From Balanoglossus misakiensis (Eukaryota > Animalia > Hemichordata), in NCBI GenBank assembly GCA_040954595.2, contig CM082577.2, positions 5,692,301-5,756,300 on the forward strand: a DNA stretch of 64,000 nucleotides. Reading direction: 5' to 3'. Every line of letters starts with the position of its first letter. Position 1 is the stretch's first letter. The notes beneath the pieces were generated by a model, which made no database searches, was not told where the DNA came from, and saw only the letters and a program-made list of their open reading frames with translations. Shown piece by piece: positions 38,601-52,148 of the stretch. A program made the translations under genes and the position numbers.

Positions 38601-41600
38601 GTCATTCTTTTGTTTGACACCACTCCATTCGTCCCCAGATTTCTTCGTCGCCTGGGACGTTATTTAGTGTCGGATATTTGCCATCAAACGACCGCTATTT
38701 CACACCATCGCCAACTTTGTTGTGCCGCGGTGTTTTTCTTCATATGTGCAAGTGTATACGCACGCTCGTTCAACCGTATCTGAACAAACACGGGGGCTGA
38801 TTAAGACCTCGCAGTTCACCCGAAACGAATATCTCGACCCCTTTTCTCTGACTTGACTCTCATGCGATATCTTGGCGGTGGCCTGTGACATCTCATGCTG
38901 GTCCGACTGACGGATCGTGTGTCAACTTGAATATCAATCTGGGAAAGCCAGTCAATTTGGAGTTTTCTCATTTTGTCCACTCGTGCACGCATGCGCTTTC
39001 ATTAACGACGTTTTCGAGTTGCAAATGATAAGTTAAACTCGCCTTAAATTTAGCATAACCCCGCGTTCATTACCGTTCGTCAAATCAATGAGCAAACGTA
39101 TGTTGACAACCGGAAACGTTGTTTTTCTGGTCCAATAGAACACTGTAATAGAGTGCAATTTTTTTACAATGCCCAATACCTTCACGCTATACGCGCTATT
39201 CGGGGTTCAACTGACTAATCTCAATCAGATTTCCCGGCCGCAATATCGAATGGCTCCGCGACTTTCACTGTGCAATGTGGTGAAAGGTTGACGAACCACG
39301 ATCTCTCCATTCATTATAGCGAAAACATGCCACCGATTCACTTTCAATTTTGTTAGAAAGCAGTCAAGATACGAACTGCAATACCATGCCAGTCAGTTCA
39401 ACAATTAAACGGACATTTTTTTTACTTTCCAAAACTATTTTGACTTGTTCAGTGCGTGACTTGTGAATGCTTCACCTATACGTGTCGAACTGAATGGGAT
39501 GTCATGTCGAAATAAGGAGTCGTCGATTACGATCACTGGTGTTCTTTTGGCCGTTTTAATTCTCCTGTCACCAGCAAGTGCAAAATCCTTCCTTGAGGTG
39601 AGACAAGGGTCTAAGCCGTACTCATGGAGAGCTGTAAGCACGTGTGATATTTTTTTGTTTTTCAACACACTTCAACGTGTGGGATTACAATCACGCGCTG
39701 GCCGCTGCCTGTGGATTCTTCTGAACGTAATTCCATCCTCGCCAAGTGACCATTTTGCGGGCGCACAATGCGCAACAATGCGAGGATTTTCAACTCTGAG
39801 GAAACATGAGTAAAGAGGGAAAGTCTCCCTCTTCGTGGTCATTGTTAGCCTTCTCAACCTCGGCGGGTGTGAGCGCCCCGGGCGGGGGTATTAACATTTT
39901 ATTGGATAAGATTACAGTGCGGCCGCTGAACTCAACCCTAGCGAAGAGTTGATAGACACAGTTTATGGTCGCATCTTTTGAGGTGTCCTCGATACGGACA
40001 ATTTACCATTGTCCCCACAGCCCAACTTATTAACACAGGCATAAAATTTTCACCCGGGCTTGAAAAGGAGCCCGGCCTTTCGAAGATTGATGGCTATCGA
40101 TTGAACCAATATAGCCGGAGGGCCCAAAAGTCCATTCTCATTCTCGGAGCCCTCCCGAAATTGAACAGTCGTTTACTTTGAAGTTATGGCAGGTATCTGA
40201 AGGCGAAGTTAAGGTAGAATAAGCCTCGAAAATAGAAGTCTTCAACCTTTTCTCACATTTTGATCAGGACAAACAACTTTTTCTATTACTTTCTCTTAAA
40301 ATTGAGAATAAAAATCAGGGGTTGCCGTGCGAAATTTTGAATAGGAAAGTAAAATTTTCTCAAGTTGTTCACTACGTAGTTTGTAATTATCGCTGCCTAA
40401 TAATCATCATGAGACGCTCCAGTATAAAACTCTTCCCAAGGAGAAAATACCATACCACATTCCTCGTTAAAGAAGTGACACAACGCCATCCCATATCCCA
40501 CTGCGTGGGCAAACAAACGGGGCTGCGGTAATTGGTTTCGATACAACGACGTTGAAGCGGGATATTTTTATCTCGTATGGGGCACAATAAAAATATGCCG
40601 ATACTTGAATACCACTGCAGTACATGGTCGGCGTGCAGTCTTTAGTATTTGTTTGTTTGTTTTTCTGGAAACATTTGCGTGGCTAATGGAATCACTGTTG
40701 ACAAATATCGATTACCCCCCGCCGACACTCCACTAACGGGCGATAATCGGTTTTGTCACCTGCTAATTGGTGTTTAATTACCTAACGTGATATACACGCA
40801 CAGTCCGTTTCTGAGAAGAATGCCAGAACACCAGCTGTTCAGTCGCGCAAAATCTCAGAACCTTGGTTGTGTCGTCTGCGTATACTTTCCCCCCCATTCG
40901 TTGCGTTTCGGACAATTCCAGACCAAGTTGTTTGAAAGCCAAAAGGGGATAAGCTGAACACCAAACTGAAAACATATACCCATTGTGGCCTCGTCTCTCC
41001 ACACAATATGAAGCGGAGACGCTAAGAAGCCCGGGCTTTCACGCCAAAACAATTTATTTCATTGCTTTGGGGTTTTCTGAAAGAAGGCTTCGGGGCTCTA
41101 TAGCGTGTTGAAAAAATACAAGAGACAACGGAGTGGGGGTGTTATCTAATACAGTAGTCGGTTATGTATGTATGCAGTCTGTCTCGTGTCAACAGCTTAG
41201 CACGCTGTAAGCTTCTTATTGTGGGACAGGAGCTAAGGCGTGTATACACCACGGTTGTCAAACATGCTAACGTACAACCTATACGCCGGCTTGAAGTGCC
41301 TGAACCCGTTGTAAATTTTTAACGCTTTTCAAGTTGACCCCCGACCTGGTTCTAATCTAACGATATGTTTGACATCGTTTACGAGGACATTCGGTTGGTT
41401 GAATGAATGAACCAACACGAATCGGTGCGACTGCAGTTTGGTGCGGGTCGTTATCGAGGGATGTGTCGGTCGAGATTCTGCAAAACAAATAATTCGAAAG
41501 ACTGTGATCACTGTGCGGTGGCGTCTGGTGGATGATTCGAGGGAAGGCAACTTTGACCGCGGGGCTATATGGTGATGACATGTTTGAAAGCGCCGTGGAC

Positions 41601-44600
41601 TGGCAGTGTGTGCTGACAGAGTCGTAAACCTCTGGGAAATCAGGTCACTGACTGTTCTCTGTTTGCCTGTCCAGTTTCCCCTCAAGATGTATGTGTCGAC
41701 GCTATACTCAACCCTTCTCCGAGACACACCGTGATTAGCCGCCGCGTTCAGGTCGATAAAAGTTAATTGACGGTCAGCGCAAAATTATATATAGACTTTA
41801 GGGAGACCGTTTTTATTTTATGTCTGATCATAAACATGTCGGCAAAATGTATCGTTGGTTGTTGACAAATACTGTTACAGTAATAAGAAAAGAAAAAAAA
41901 AAGAAAAATCGAAAAACAAACAAATGAAAATTTTGAAATCAAACAAAAGTTTGCGGCTGTAGCTTTGTAGTATAATGAAAGCGCACGGAAACTCAAATTG
42001 GCATTTGAAATGTTAAAAGTAAAAAGTAAGTCTTGCTCGCATAGAATCGTCAGTGTGACTGTGGTCGAAAATTTGAAAAACAATATTTTCGTGTCTTTAG
42101 CCAACACTGGGGGTCGGTGACGTAATAATGAATGTACAGTAACCTGTCAGTTACTCTGAAAATCTCCATCATTATTTTTTTCTATTTTCGGAATATGGTT
42201 TGTTGCGTAGCCACCATCAGAGACCAACACATTCCATGTTTTCCATCGAGAGGAAATATCTGATTACACTGGCATATTTTTCTACCGAATATGACCTTTG
42301 ACCTGGGGTTGTCTGCTATGAACTTCGACCTCGGGGTGCGGACTGCTTCAATCAATCAGGTCAACTCGGAGGGACCCCGGGCCGACTGTCCTGTAGCGTG
42401 TGCGTACATCCAGCCATGTCTTCACGTTCTCCCCCAGTAAATGGAATTCCTTCAGAAAATTGCTTTGCGATCAGCGGCCTCTGAAATAGCGGTATTTTCT
42501 TTCCCCCGAGTTCTAACGTATTTCAAAGATAAAGGCGACCGCTGAGAACCAATGATTTCCCCGAGTACTGTCACTTTCCCGACGGTGCCAAAAATACTTG
42601 AAGCGACGGGTCGATTTAAGAAGACCTACTCATGATGAAACTGATAGTTCGCCGATTTAACCGACACGCACGTTAACCGCAACTAGATAGAAATGATACG
42701 TTTAATTGATTGGAAAAAAGTAGTTATTAAGTTGCCGACATGTAACTTGTTTTGACTTTTGGCTATTTTCCAGTATTATACCGATAGTCTGGCAGCGGTG
42801 TGTTGATGACCGTGCGAAAGAGTTACATGATGATGGAAAAGTCAATGAATCAATGAACCCAAACACGTCCCCCCATTTTCTGGCTAGATATAAATGATTC
42901 TTTTTTTACGCCACCGACTAAAGGCAGCCGCGTCGAAGAGAATAAATACTAAAGCAACATTCCTGAAATTCATGTTGCTTTTTATCGCCTTCTGTTCAGA
43001 AAACTCGTGTGCACGCAAATTCGTTTGTTGACCATATTTCTCTGACATTTCGAAAGAACTACACTCGACGTTATAATTCATTGACCAAGCTTGTAAATAA
43101 AGTAGCGATTCGGGTCTAGCCCACTCAGAAGCAATCAGAGAGGTATTGACTAATAAGAGGCCTCCTTCTCTTCCGGCATTCACAAACAACAGACCGGCGG
43201 CCATCATTCCTTCGACCGCAATCCTCCGCATTGACCGAGCCTGTCTCGCTTAATTAGGCAATAATTAGGCAATGGACCCCTCTCCTTCGCTCGCGGTAGC
43301 AGCGCCATGTATGGCAGCGAGCGTGAAACACTGCCGCCTTATTATTTGTATGAATGTTTGCCCGCCCTATTCAGTACAACGCTAACGTCAAGCTTCTCGT
43401 GTTACATGACGGTGTTTTCACAATCCACACTGTCGTCTGATTCCCCTCTTGTTTATTGCGGCCGATTCATTCAACCAAAATGCCAATTTTGAATCCTTTG
43501 TGGAGAAAAACCTACAGAGCATGAATGAGTATTTTGGCTTTGAACGAGCAAGCACGGAACAAGGAGCGCTTTCATGATCAGTTTAATATCTCTGATGAGG
43601 GGACACGTTGATTGAAATTGAAATAGTATTCATACGAGGGCCACATGCGTAACAGATGCGTAAGATATTCGGCCAACCGCAACTCTTCAAATTGCAAGCT
43701 GCGGACATTCTTCTCCGTGAAAATGTAGATTTCTGTTCAGTAAACAGCCATTCAAAGGGGTCGTCTCTGACCTGCGGTGTTTTATGTTAAACTTCGTCTT
43801 GATTTTCGCTTTGCTCGTTTGATGTTACGCTGTAGGGCTTCGCCAGACGATGCCGAGGTGCTGAATGAAGCTCAAATTTGGACAAATTACTTGAGAATGC
43901 GGTCGTGGCAGCTGGGTGCCTGTGGAAACGATGCCGTCCTCTTGCTTTCAGTCAATGACAAAGTGGTAAGTCTCTCTCTATCTCGACAAAGTTTGCATTT
44001 CTGGAAACGTTCTTTTGACGCACGACTGACTGAACGAGATATCTATCGCCGCGCGAGGGCGTTATCGCATCATGAATTCGTGGACGACACCAATTTATAC
44101 ACCCGCCCATTTTGAGCTCCGCCCATATTTCTCGACAGAATACTTTGCAAATCTTTTAATTTTTTGTTGGCCTCAAGTTGCTTTAATTTTCATTTGAAAT
44201 TTCCTCTGTTTTGTTTTCAGATATACCTCAGCACAGGCGAAGAAATCTGTGAAACCCTGACAGACAAGCGAGCGAAACAGGTTCTATTGACGTCGCGGAG
44301 CCATTTATCGGATCGGAACTATTTTCTGGCGCTGAAAAACATTTTGAGCGATTATGAAGACTTGCTACTAAACAGTGGACCGGAGAAGTCATTCAATTTT
44401 ATCTCCTTCGGGATAACGTACGATGAAGCCATCGACGCTGGTTTGATGCTCTTCGGACCACTGTGTATTCTGGACGTCATTGTGCTGGCCTTTTGCCTCA
44501 TGATATTCTGCAACATTTACGTCAGAGGCTTCAAGTCGCACGACATCTGCTACAAGGTTGAATACCGGGAAAGAAGGCTGTATGAAGGCTTCAAACTGTT

Positions 44601-44745
44601 TTGCTTCCAGCCGTTGGGGGCGCTGATGCTCCTTCTCGTGGTGGCCGCCGTCAACTTCGCGGCCATCGCAGGGATGCTGTGGGTTTTCCGACAGCAGAGG
44701 TCCGTGTGTGGACTTGACAGCGGTGCTGGAGTCATGTGGACATGA
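35680..44745 (+). CDS. MOLO-1/TPM-domain-like membrane protein A, 4 exons (35680-35914, 37807-37954, 43836-43965, 44221-44745), about 345 aa, signal peptide plus two TM helices
   Basis: N-terminal WQMREYPNP...C.R...SWVCDPNGILTNEE resembles the MOLO-1 family signature. TPM-like core GYIISLAVLNRM, WQLGACGNDAVLLLSVNDKVIYLSTG, RNYFLALKNIL. Exons sum to 1038 nt with intron phases 1,2,0. The exon-2 donor (GTTAAG) is weak. Confidence 0.78.
38268..38453. mobile_element. Non-autonomous DNA transposon (MITE, 186 bp), Kolobok-type termini
   Basis: TTAA|AGGTATACAGTCACCT ... AGGTGACCGTATACCT|TTAA: 16-bp TIRs with one mismatch, AG..CT ends and a TTAA target duplication. Confidence 0.8.
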
Positions 44746-44904
44746 AATTCGAACCCCCCAAAAATGATAAATGCATATTTTTATCCGATTCGCCAGTACC
44801 TCACGCTTGATCAAGGAGTGACCGTGATTCTGACACCAGTCACTGCCACATAGCCACGAGTCGATTTTTTAAGGTAAAATTCGAGCAGAAATTAAACAAA
44901 ACCA

Positions 44905-45056
44905 GGCCACGAATGGAAAATTAGCTACAGTTACCATGGCAAGTTGAGATCAAGCCAATGACAGATTTTCGCTTGGGTGGCCATCGTCACTCGAAGACAT
45001 AGACACGCCCTTTTAACGATATATTGACATATGCAAATTAGAGGTGACAGCTAGAC
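44905..45056 (-). mobile_element. Degenerate inverted copy of the same MITE family
   Basis: atggaaaattagctacagttaccatggcaag...gccaatgacaga...gggtggc...atatgcaaattagaggtgac aligns to the reverse complement of 38271-38442. TIRs are eroded. Confidence 0.7.
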
Positions 45057-46520
45057 ACCGCCACGTGTTTTACATGCGAACAATTTACTCGCAAGGAAAA
45101 TGACGGCTGGATTTCAACGCAGAAGTTTGCCACGGCTAGATTTTGGGGCACGAGGGACGTCAAAAGATTTCACTTACTACATGGAGGTGTAAGCTTATAC
45201 CTCCATGCTAACTTTAATACGAGCTTGACGAGGAGAATTTATATGAGAGAACAACCCTCCAGCATTATGGCAACAACAATAGAGCCAGCGACGGTTTACT
45301 GCTCATAGAACTGGGACACAATAGGTTTTGATCAGCGGCTGTGCATTCAACCTGTAGCCTTCATTTTCTTCTGAAAACGATTGGCATTATCTGGCTATGC
45401 AAATGATAAGATCTGCGTCACCAGTGCCTCTTCGGTCACAACTGTATATTTATCATTCGAGGTATGTAAATATTTCCGAAACACGATTTCGTCACGGTCG
45501 TCAATGTGTTTTATTTTCTTTCTACGTAAGTTATATATTTTAATAGTTTTTAAATAAACATTAATGTAACGATAAAGAGTTTATAATGTCGACTGCGACA
45601 TGCGTGTGAATTGTAGGTTGCAAGTGCTAATAGGTTCGCGCCTTGAGCGCCATCTTTATTGTAGTTTGAACGCACAATATTTATATATTCAAAATCGGGG
45701 GGGGGGGGCACCTTGCAAAATTTGAATCAGAGAGAAAAAAATTGTCTCAAATTTGAAATTCAAAATGACCGAAAAATTCTCTGTTAATTCTACTGAGAAA
45801 AAATGGTGATTTTTAAGAAAACAAAACAATAAACACCATCATGTATTCTTCTTTGGTTTCAAAAATACTTGAAAGGACGGTCTGGGTTTTTTTCTCTGAA
45901 AACCTTTCCGGAGGCGCGTGCTACCTTAATTCGGACTTCAGAAATTTAATCAGTATTTGTTTCTGTCATTTGACTGGAAAATGGCAGTCTGCCCTGGTAG
46001 GTGAAATGTTGACATTATATCAAATGTCGACAACAGGTCTTGGCAACAATGGGTGCCTACGTGTGTTTAGCAGAAAGTCTGACAGAAAGCTGCGATTGTT
46101 CGCGGAAACGATATCGATTCCAGCAGCAGTCTATCTGACTGGTACAGTCAGTCGCGTCTTCAAGAAGCACCGCCCAAGACCGTAGGGGTGGATGGCGCGA
46201 CGACGTGTAGACACATGACCGGCAGACCCAACAGGTGCGGCGCTCGGCTCTGCTGACGACAATGAGGGGCAGACAATGGCGGGAAAATAAGAGAACACAA
46301 AAGTCAAAAAACTTAAGGATAAACTCCCCGAGGCCGTCCTCAGGTCATTGAATCTGAAACCCCGAAGTGTCCCTATTGTATGAATAAATCGCTCCTCCCG
46401 TGTGACACGACTCAGAACACGTATATCTATTTGCCGGATCAGAGCTGTGGGAGTTGTGTAGGTCTACGGTCATCGGCGCAACGGGAACCGCTCACAATTT
46501 CACTTTGGACAATAGACACC

Positions 46521-49500
46521 ATGCATAACGCGACATTTCTGCCCAGTTTTTGCCTCCTCGTGTGGATGTACGCCGAAGTAAACGGAGTCAGTCTCGGCAT
46601 TTCGCCGCCGATTCCAAAGCTGGCGGCGTCAAACGTCGTTGGCTGCGAACAGAACAACAAGCAGATCTGCGTTTGCAGGGGAACACCGAACAGGGTATGT
46701 GACCGTGGTACGGAACTACGAACACTACAAAGTAGGTTTATTTCAGCTTTTATTTTCTGGTGACAGAATTCCTTCTGTACTTTCACTTGTCAGAATTTTT
46801 TGACGACGAAAATCTTGAAAATAAGCTGGTATTTAAAAACAGCGAAATTGATGTCCTTTACGGATTTCAACCTGTACTATCCATCGAAAATGGTTGTACG
46901 GGACGAATTTTAGCAAAAATGCCAGCATTTTTTCATTCCATAAAATTAATTGTGCAAATGACGCAGTTTTTGCTGGTACACTGCGGGATGTAGAACCGGT
47001 TTCCCGCCAAAGAACAGCCACTTTGCCTTAAGTTTGTTACCACTAGCAGACGGCAACTTTGAACATTTCCCCCGCTCCTCTCATTATTTCGCTCTCTCGT
47101 CATATACCGACTATCTTCGAATCGTGATATTGCCGACTACTTCTTAGATTAGATGCACTCCCGTGGTACTGAGCAACGGACATTCCTGTTTGCGCCATGT
47201 TCCCCGGCATTAGCAATGGTTTTATCAACACGAATGTTTCCACGCAAATTAGGCATACGTCTACTGGTCCTTTTCCCGGTGAAGTGCTTTTGAAGAAAAT
47301 AAAATTGCTGTAATAGATGTCGCGATAACAATATCAATTTATTTTTCTAAAACCAGCCAGAACGCGCCGGGGGTAATATGTAACCTTCACGGTACGCCGG
47401 CCGTACATGTCTTCACAAAAAAACTGTTCCTCATAGCACTTTTTATTGCTGAGTCGTGTATTCGCATTCTGCCAATTTCAGAGTGTTTAAACAAACGACA
47501 GAAGTTGCAAGGATCCCGCCTTTTCGTTATCTGTTAATCGAAATTTCCGTCGTCATCGGAGGTTACAAAGTGAGGTTTTAAGTTCGTGACCGGACCACAG
47601 TCGTTGCCGATCACACAAGTGATCTGTTCTCGACCGTGGGACCCGAGCAGAGAATTGAATCACTCAATAAGAGCACTTTGTGAAGCGTTCATTCGGCGCT
47701 TGTGTTAAAGTCAGAATCACCAAATCGCATTGTGTGGGCCGTTTACAAAGTCAACCATGTATGGTGTGTCCTGTATAGGTTGTACATGTATTATATGTAT
47801 CATTCGGGTATTGTAGGATTTGAATTATCTCGCCTGAAAAGTACACGTGTGTGACACCATCTGTTCGTTTCTTACCACAGTTGGTCTTCTCGATCGCTAC
47901 ATGGAGGAGTTCCCCAAGTCGACCTTTTGCTCGTGTGACGCCAGCCCGACCGAAAACTCCACCGAGTTCTTCATGAACATCGTCTTCGTCAGCAAGGTGC
48001 CGTGGGAGGAGGCCGAACTGTAAGTAGAGCACATCTTCACTCGGTACCTTGCCCCAAATAAAACTGACAGATGCCTTTAAGCCTCCAAGCGTATTAGTTG
48101 AACGATTTCTAGCAGAACCCTCTAGTCCTTTAATCGCACCTTCGGGCAGTGCGGAGGGGGGGGGGGGGCTATCAATATTGGGACTATTGTATGCGATACA
48201 GATGTGGCTGCGCGGATCTTGTAGATCAATGTTTCGAGTTTCGCAGTGAAAATGGATGCAAGAGAGAGACATTCAAACGAAAGAGGTGAAAGCACTATTA
48301 AGACCAAAAGCGGGATGTTTGTTTTCCCGCCAGTAGGCCAACCACCCTAGTGACAGAAAGTCTTTGTGGCCACTAGCTACGTGTATAAATTGCCAAACTT
48401 GAATAAGTCTTGTGGCACGACACACCGTTTCTTTTAGAATACATTATTTGACATATTCCTTACGCTGCCATACCCAAACCCAGAAAACTGCCAACTTGCC
48501 AGTTTCAGAGAATGCGTAACTGCAAAGTAAATGTCGTTTGCATTATTATACACACAGACTTGCTAGATGGGACGCCATCGAAGTTCTGGTGGAACACACG
48601 CGAATTTCTCTGCCGGTAACTGAGACGTCGACCTGTGAAAACCACATCGTGATCGTCGCCCTGATGGAAGAACAATTGGTAAGGCAACTTTATTTTCTTT
48701 TCTCAATTTCACCCCCCCCCCCTCTACACGACTCGGTTTTTTGTTCAGCTGAACCGGATGTCGAGAGTGACGACACTATCATTGCCCCGTACATTCCTTC
48801 TGCATTCATTGACAGTTTTCAAGTCTACCATTACGCAAACAGGAGACCATCGATTCTTCGCATCACTGGCGTGGGCAAACAGTCGACGCGGGCCAAACGT
48901 CAGTCTCCATGCCTCGACCAGTGACCCTTTAAGCTTTACAGCGCAAATGTATACCACAATGTGATTGCTGAACGAATTCCTGGCTGCCTTTAAATGGCCA
49001 CGTATGTCATGCTCTCGACTCAGTGTTCACGGGATATTGAATTGCATCGTGGGTAAAAAGACGACCACTTTTGGAAGGTGATGTGCTATGTGTGCCATGT
49101 ATACGCACATTTGCGTTCTTTCTGATAGCACAATTCTAAAACCGTATTTTTGTAAAATCGTGACTACTCTGGTTACAGGTCGATGTCTACAAACGGTGGT
49201 TGAACAGTTGTTTGACTTTAATGCTATTAAATCTAAAACATTGGTGGAATTCAAATTTCAAGTGGTCAAAGTGACACCTTTTTGGCGTGACCACCCGAGA
49301 AAATATGTGATTGGCCAGATCGCAACTCTCCTTGCCTTGGTTAGCTTTGGCTATTAGCATAGGTAACCGTATACCTTTAACACCTGATTTGATGGATTGT
49401 TGACCCTTGACTAAAAATGAACGACCTTTATCTTGGAAGGTGAGAACCCGTGTTGTCTTTCCTCTTAATTTACTCTTATTTATTGCATTATACTCATTAT

Positions 49501-51072
49501 TTGCAATGTGGTCTTCTGACATATTCTTTTTGTTCATCTTCACCTCGACCCGGGGTCGTAATTCTTTCAGGATCCCGGCGTGAACGAGTGTGCACGTGGG
49601 TGCCGAGGGCAGGCCTATAGGGGGGAGGGGGGGGGGTCACATCTTGTATTTCCAGTCTGGCAAGGAATTTGATTTCTTTCTTTCTCCTCGGACTCAGCGC
49701 CCTTATGGAACAAAGTCGCTGTACGGAGATATGCTTGGTCATCGGGTGACAGACTGATTTTTATATGTAGAAAGGAAAGATGCAAATCGACACGATTGTT
49801 AATTTAAATACCCCTATTCTCTACGCACGGGGTGGTGATAGTCTTTCGTTGACTGATTTATTGTATGATTTAATTTTAAACGAAAATAATTGTACTGAAA
49901 ATTGTGTATAACAGGGGCATTATAAGGGAATCTTCCCCACTGAAGTCATCGCCTTGTTAAAAGAATGACGTAGTTCATTTTGGGGGTGTTTATTTTTGCG
50001 TCAAATGTTTGCCACTCAATTGCAATCCGACCACGTCCACACAAGTGTTGTAATGTCTTTGTCCCCGGATGCGAACGTGCAGGGAAGTGCTCGTCAATTT
50101 GGTGAAGCAAGGTGTCCGTCGGTCATTGATATTAGCGAAAGTGTTTCACGACGTCCTTGCTTGTTCAGCCCGGTTCAGATTGCAATTGGCCGCCGGTCAC
50201 AGATGACTTGGCGAGGCGAGCTCTCCACGGATGGGTAGACAAGTTTGACTACAAGCTCTCGGGTAGTAAAGCGCGTGATTTGAGTACAATTCCCTTTTGT
50301 ATAGTCGAGAAAAAAAGACGCTTGATTGCTAATGTTAAGATTAATAGTTCGCAGAAGGTAGTTCTCTTGTCGTATTTTTTGTTCGCGCCGATGTCAACTG
50401 AATAGACTAGAGATCTTTATTGATTATCTGAACACAATTGAAGGAATTTAATTTGAATGTGTTTAGTAACATCGCGGTCACATTGGCCAATTTTGGTCCA
50501 GTAATGCCCATGGCCAACTTTGCACCTACAGAGGTTATTAAAATACTTTTCCAAAAATATTTCTTAGGAGCATCAAGAATATTGAGCTGACTGACATAAA
50601 AAAAAGTTTTATTTTCCTTTTTTTAATTCATTAGATTTACATTGCAAATCGTACGGGCGACTGCCAGATGTTACCGAACGACGAGCTTCAGGACATTTTG
50701 AAAATCAACCGGACAGAGTACATCACTCCGAGCGAATTCTGTTCCGGCCTGACGAGTCTCGTACACATCATGAACGGCACTCTGTCGGACGAGAGTCTCG
50801 GGCGGAAGAGCGCCTACTGGATCACCGTCTCCCTCATCCTGGTGTTCATCCTGTGCTGGGTGGCGTACACGCAGATCTCCTTCTGGTGCATCCAGCGGCG
50901 GGATCACAAGACGTCCTGGGAGTACTGGACCTCCACGTACGTCTGCCTGTCCACCGTGACCGGACTGACGGCCTTCGGCGTCGTGTTGTATTACTTGATC
51001 GTCAGCCCGCTCTTGTTTGAAGAAAACTGCGAGGACAGTGAATTCAGTACCATCATAGACACAAACTGGTGA
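46521..51072 (+). CDS. Diverged MOLO-1/TPM-like paralogue B, 4 exons (46521-46731, 47881-48019, 48558-48678, 50635-51072), about 302 aa, signal peptide plus two TM helices
   Basis: Same intron phases (1,2,0) as gene A, with matching landmarks in each exon: VCD in exon 1, LLD..ME...CxC...F.I.F in exon 2, C.N.IVIV in exon 3, exon 4 starting IYI and carrying two hydrophobic helices. 909 nt in frame, strong splice sites, caccATG Kozak. Confidence 0.72.
49280..49376 (+). mobile_element. Partial third copy (right end) of the TTAA MITE family
   Basis: ccaccc...gtgattggccagat...cataggtaaccgtatacct|TTAA matches the internal core and right TIR of 38268-38453. No left TIR found. Confidence 0.65.
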
Positions 51073-52148
51073 TTCTGCTCTTCTTGTTGGGGGAGGGGTG
51101 GGGGGGGGGGTCAGATGTAGTGACCTCCGACACCCCCCCCCCCCATGTCAGTGCAATGTCGTGTGACGGAAGTTACGGGCTGCTCACGTTCATATACCCG
51201 GGTATACCAAACATTGAAGAAATAATCTTGAAAAGAATATACGCTACAACATCCGGACCTGTCGGTGGACGTGTACTACACTCTGTCGCATAAAGTGGCA
51301 GCATTATTTTCAAAACTTTCCCATTGGTATAGGCACTTCAACATACAGTCTGATATGAGTCTATTTATCATTACCTTCACATGATGTATTGAAGGAAAGT
51401 TTTGACCACGTCACTGAAAATAGCTATACGTATATCGTGTTCTATTCCAAGTGTCGCATGAGAGTGTATAGACATATAATTGAGGCAAGTGTCAGATTGT
51501 GTTTATCGAAAACCGCCCAACATGTTGTGTAGTTTCTTCCATTGTTTTATTTTCAAGTTCATTTCTTATTTACAATAATCATTCGAGCAGACTGTATGAC
51601 GAAAATGCACATATGTAAATATATCTGATGTATAAAAAAAGAATTGTACCCAACAATCCTCTGATTTGATGGACGATCTCTTTCCCGCCTCGCCGACAAT
51701 TTCTGCCATGTTATTATAATGGCTACTTGGCTTCGGCATGAAATGCGCATGCGTTGTAACTCTTTGGGTGTCAACAACCGAAAGTCACTGCTAAATACAA
51801 GTACTGGGCTTAGGTCTGAGGAAAGGAAATGGACAAGTGTTTGTAGAGACATCCGCCAGGAGTGACTCAATGTCCTTGCCGCGGACAGCGACTCCACTGT
51901 TAATCAGAGTCCGTGTCACTTTGAAACATCCGGGGATTACAGATTACGCACTTCTCAAGTAGTCCCGTACATGCGATCTTTAGATGGTGAGGAAAACAGC
52001 GACATGTCCGTTTCCGAATGGGGCACGTACAGTCCCTCATATTATTTAAAGTAAACAATAAAGTTAACATTAATTTGGGAATATTTTATGCATATTTTAT
52101 GCATAACTGTTTTAACACTAAAACACGTCACACTGTGGTCGATTGGAG

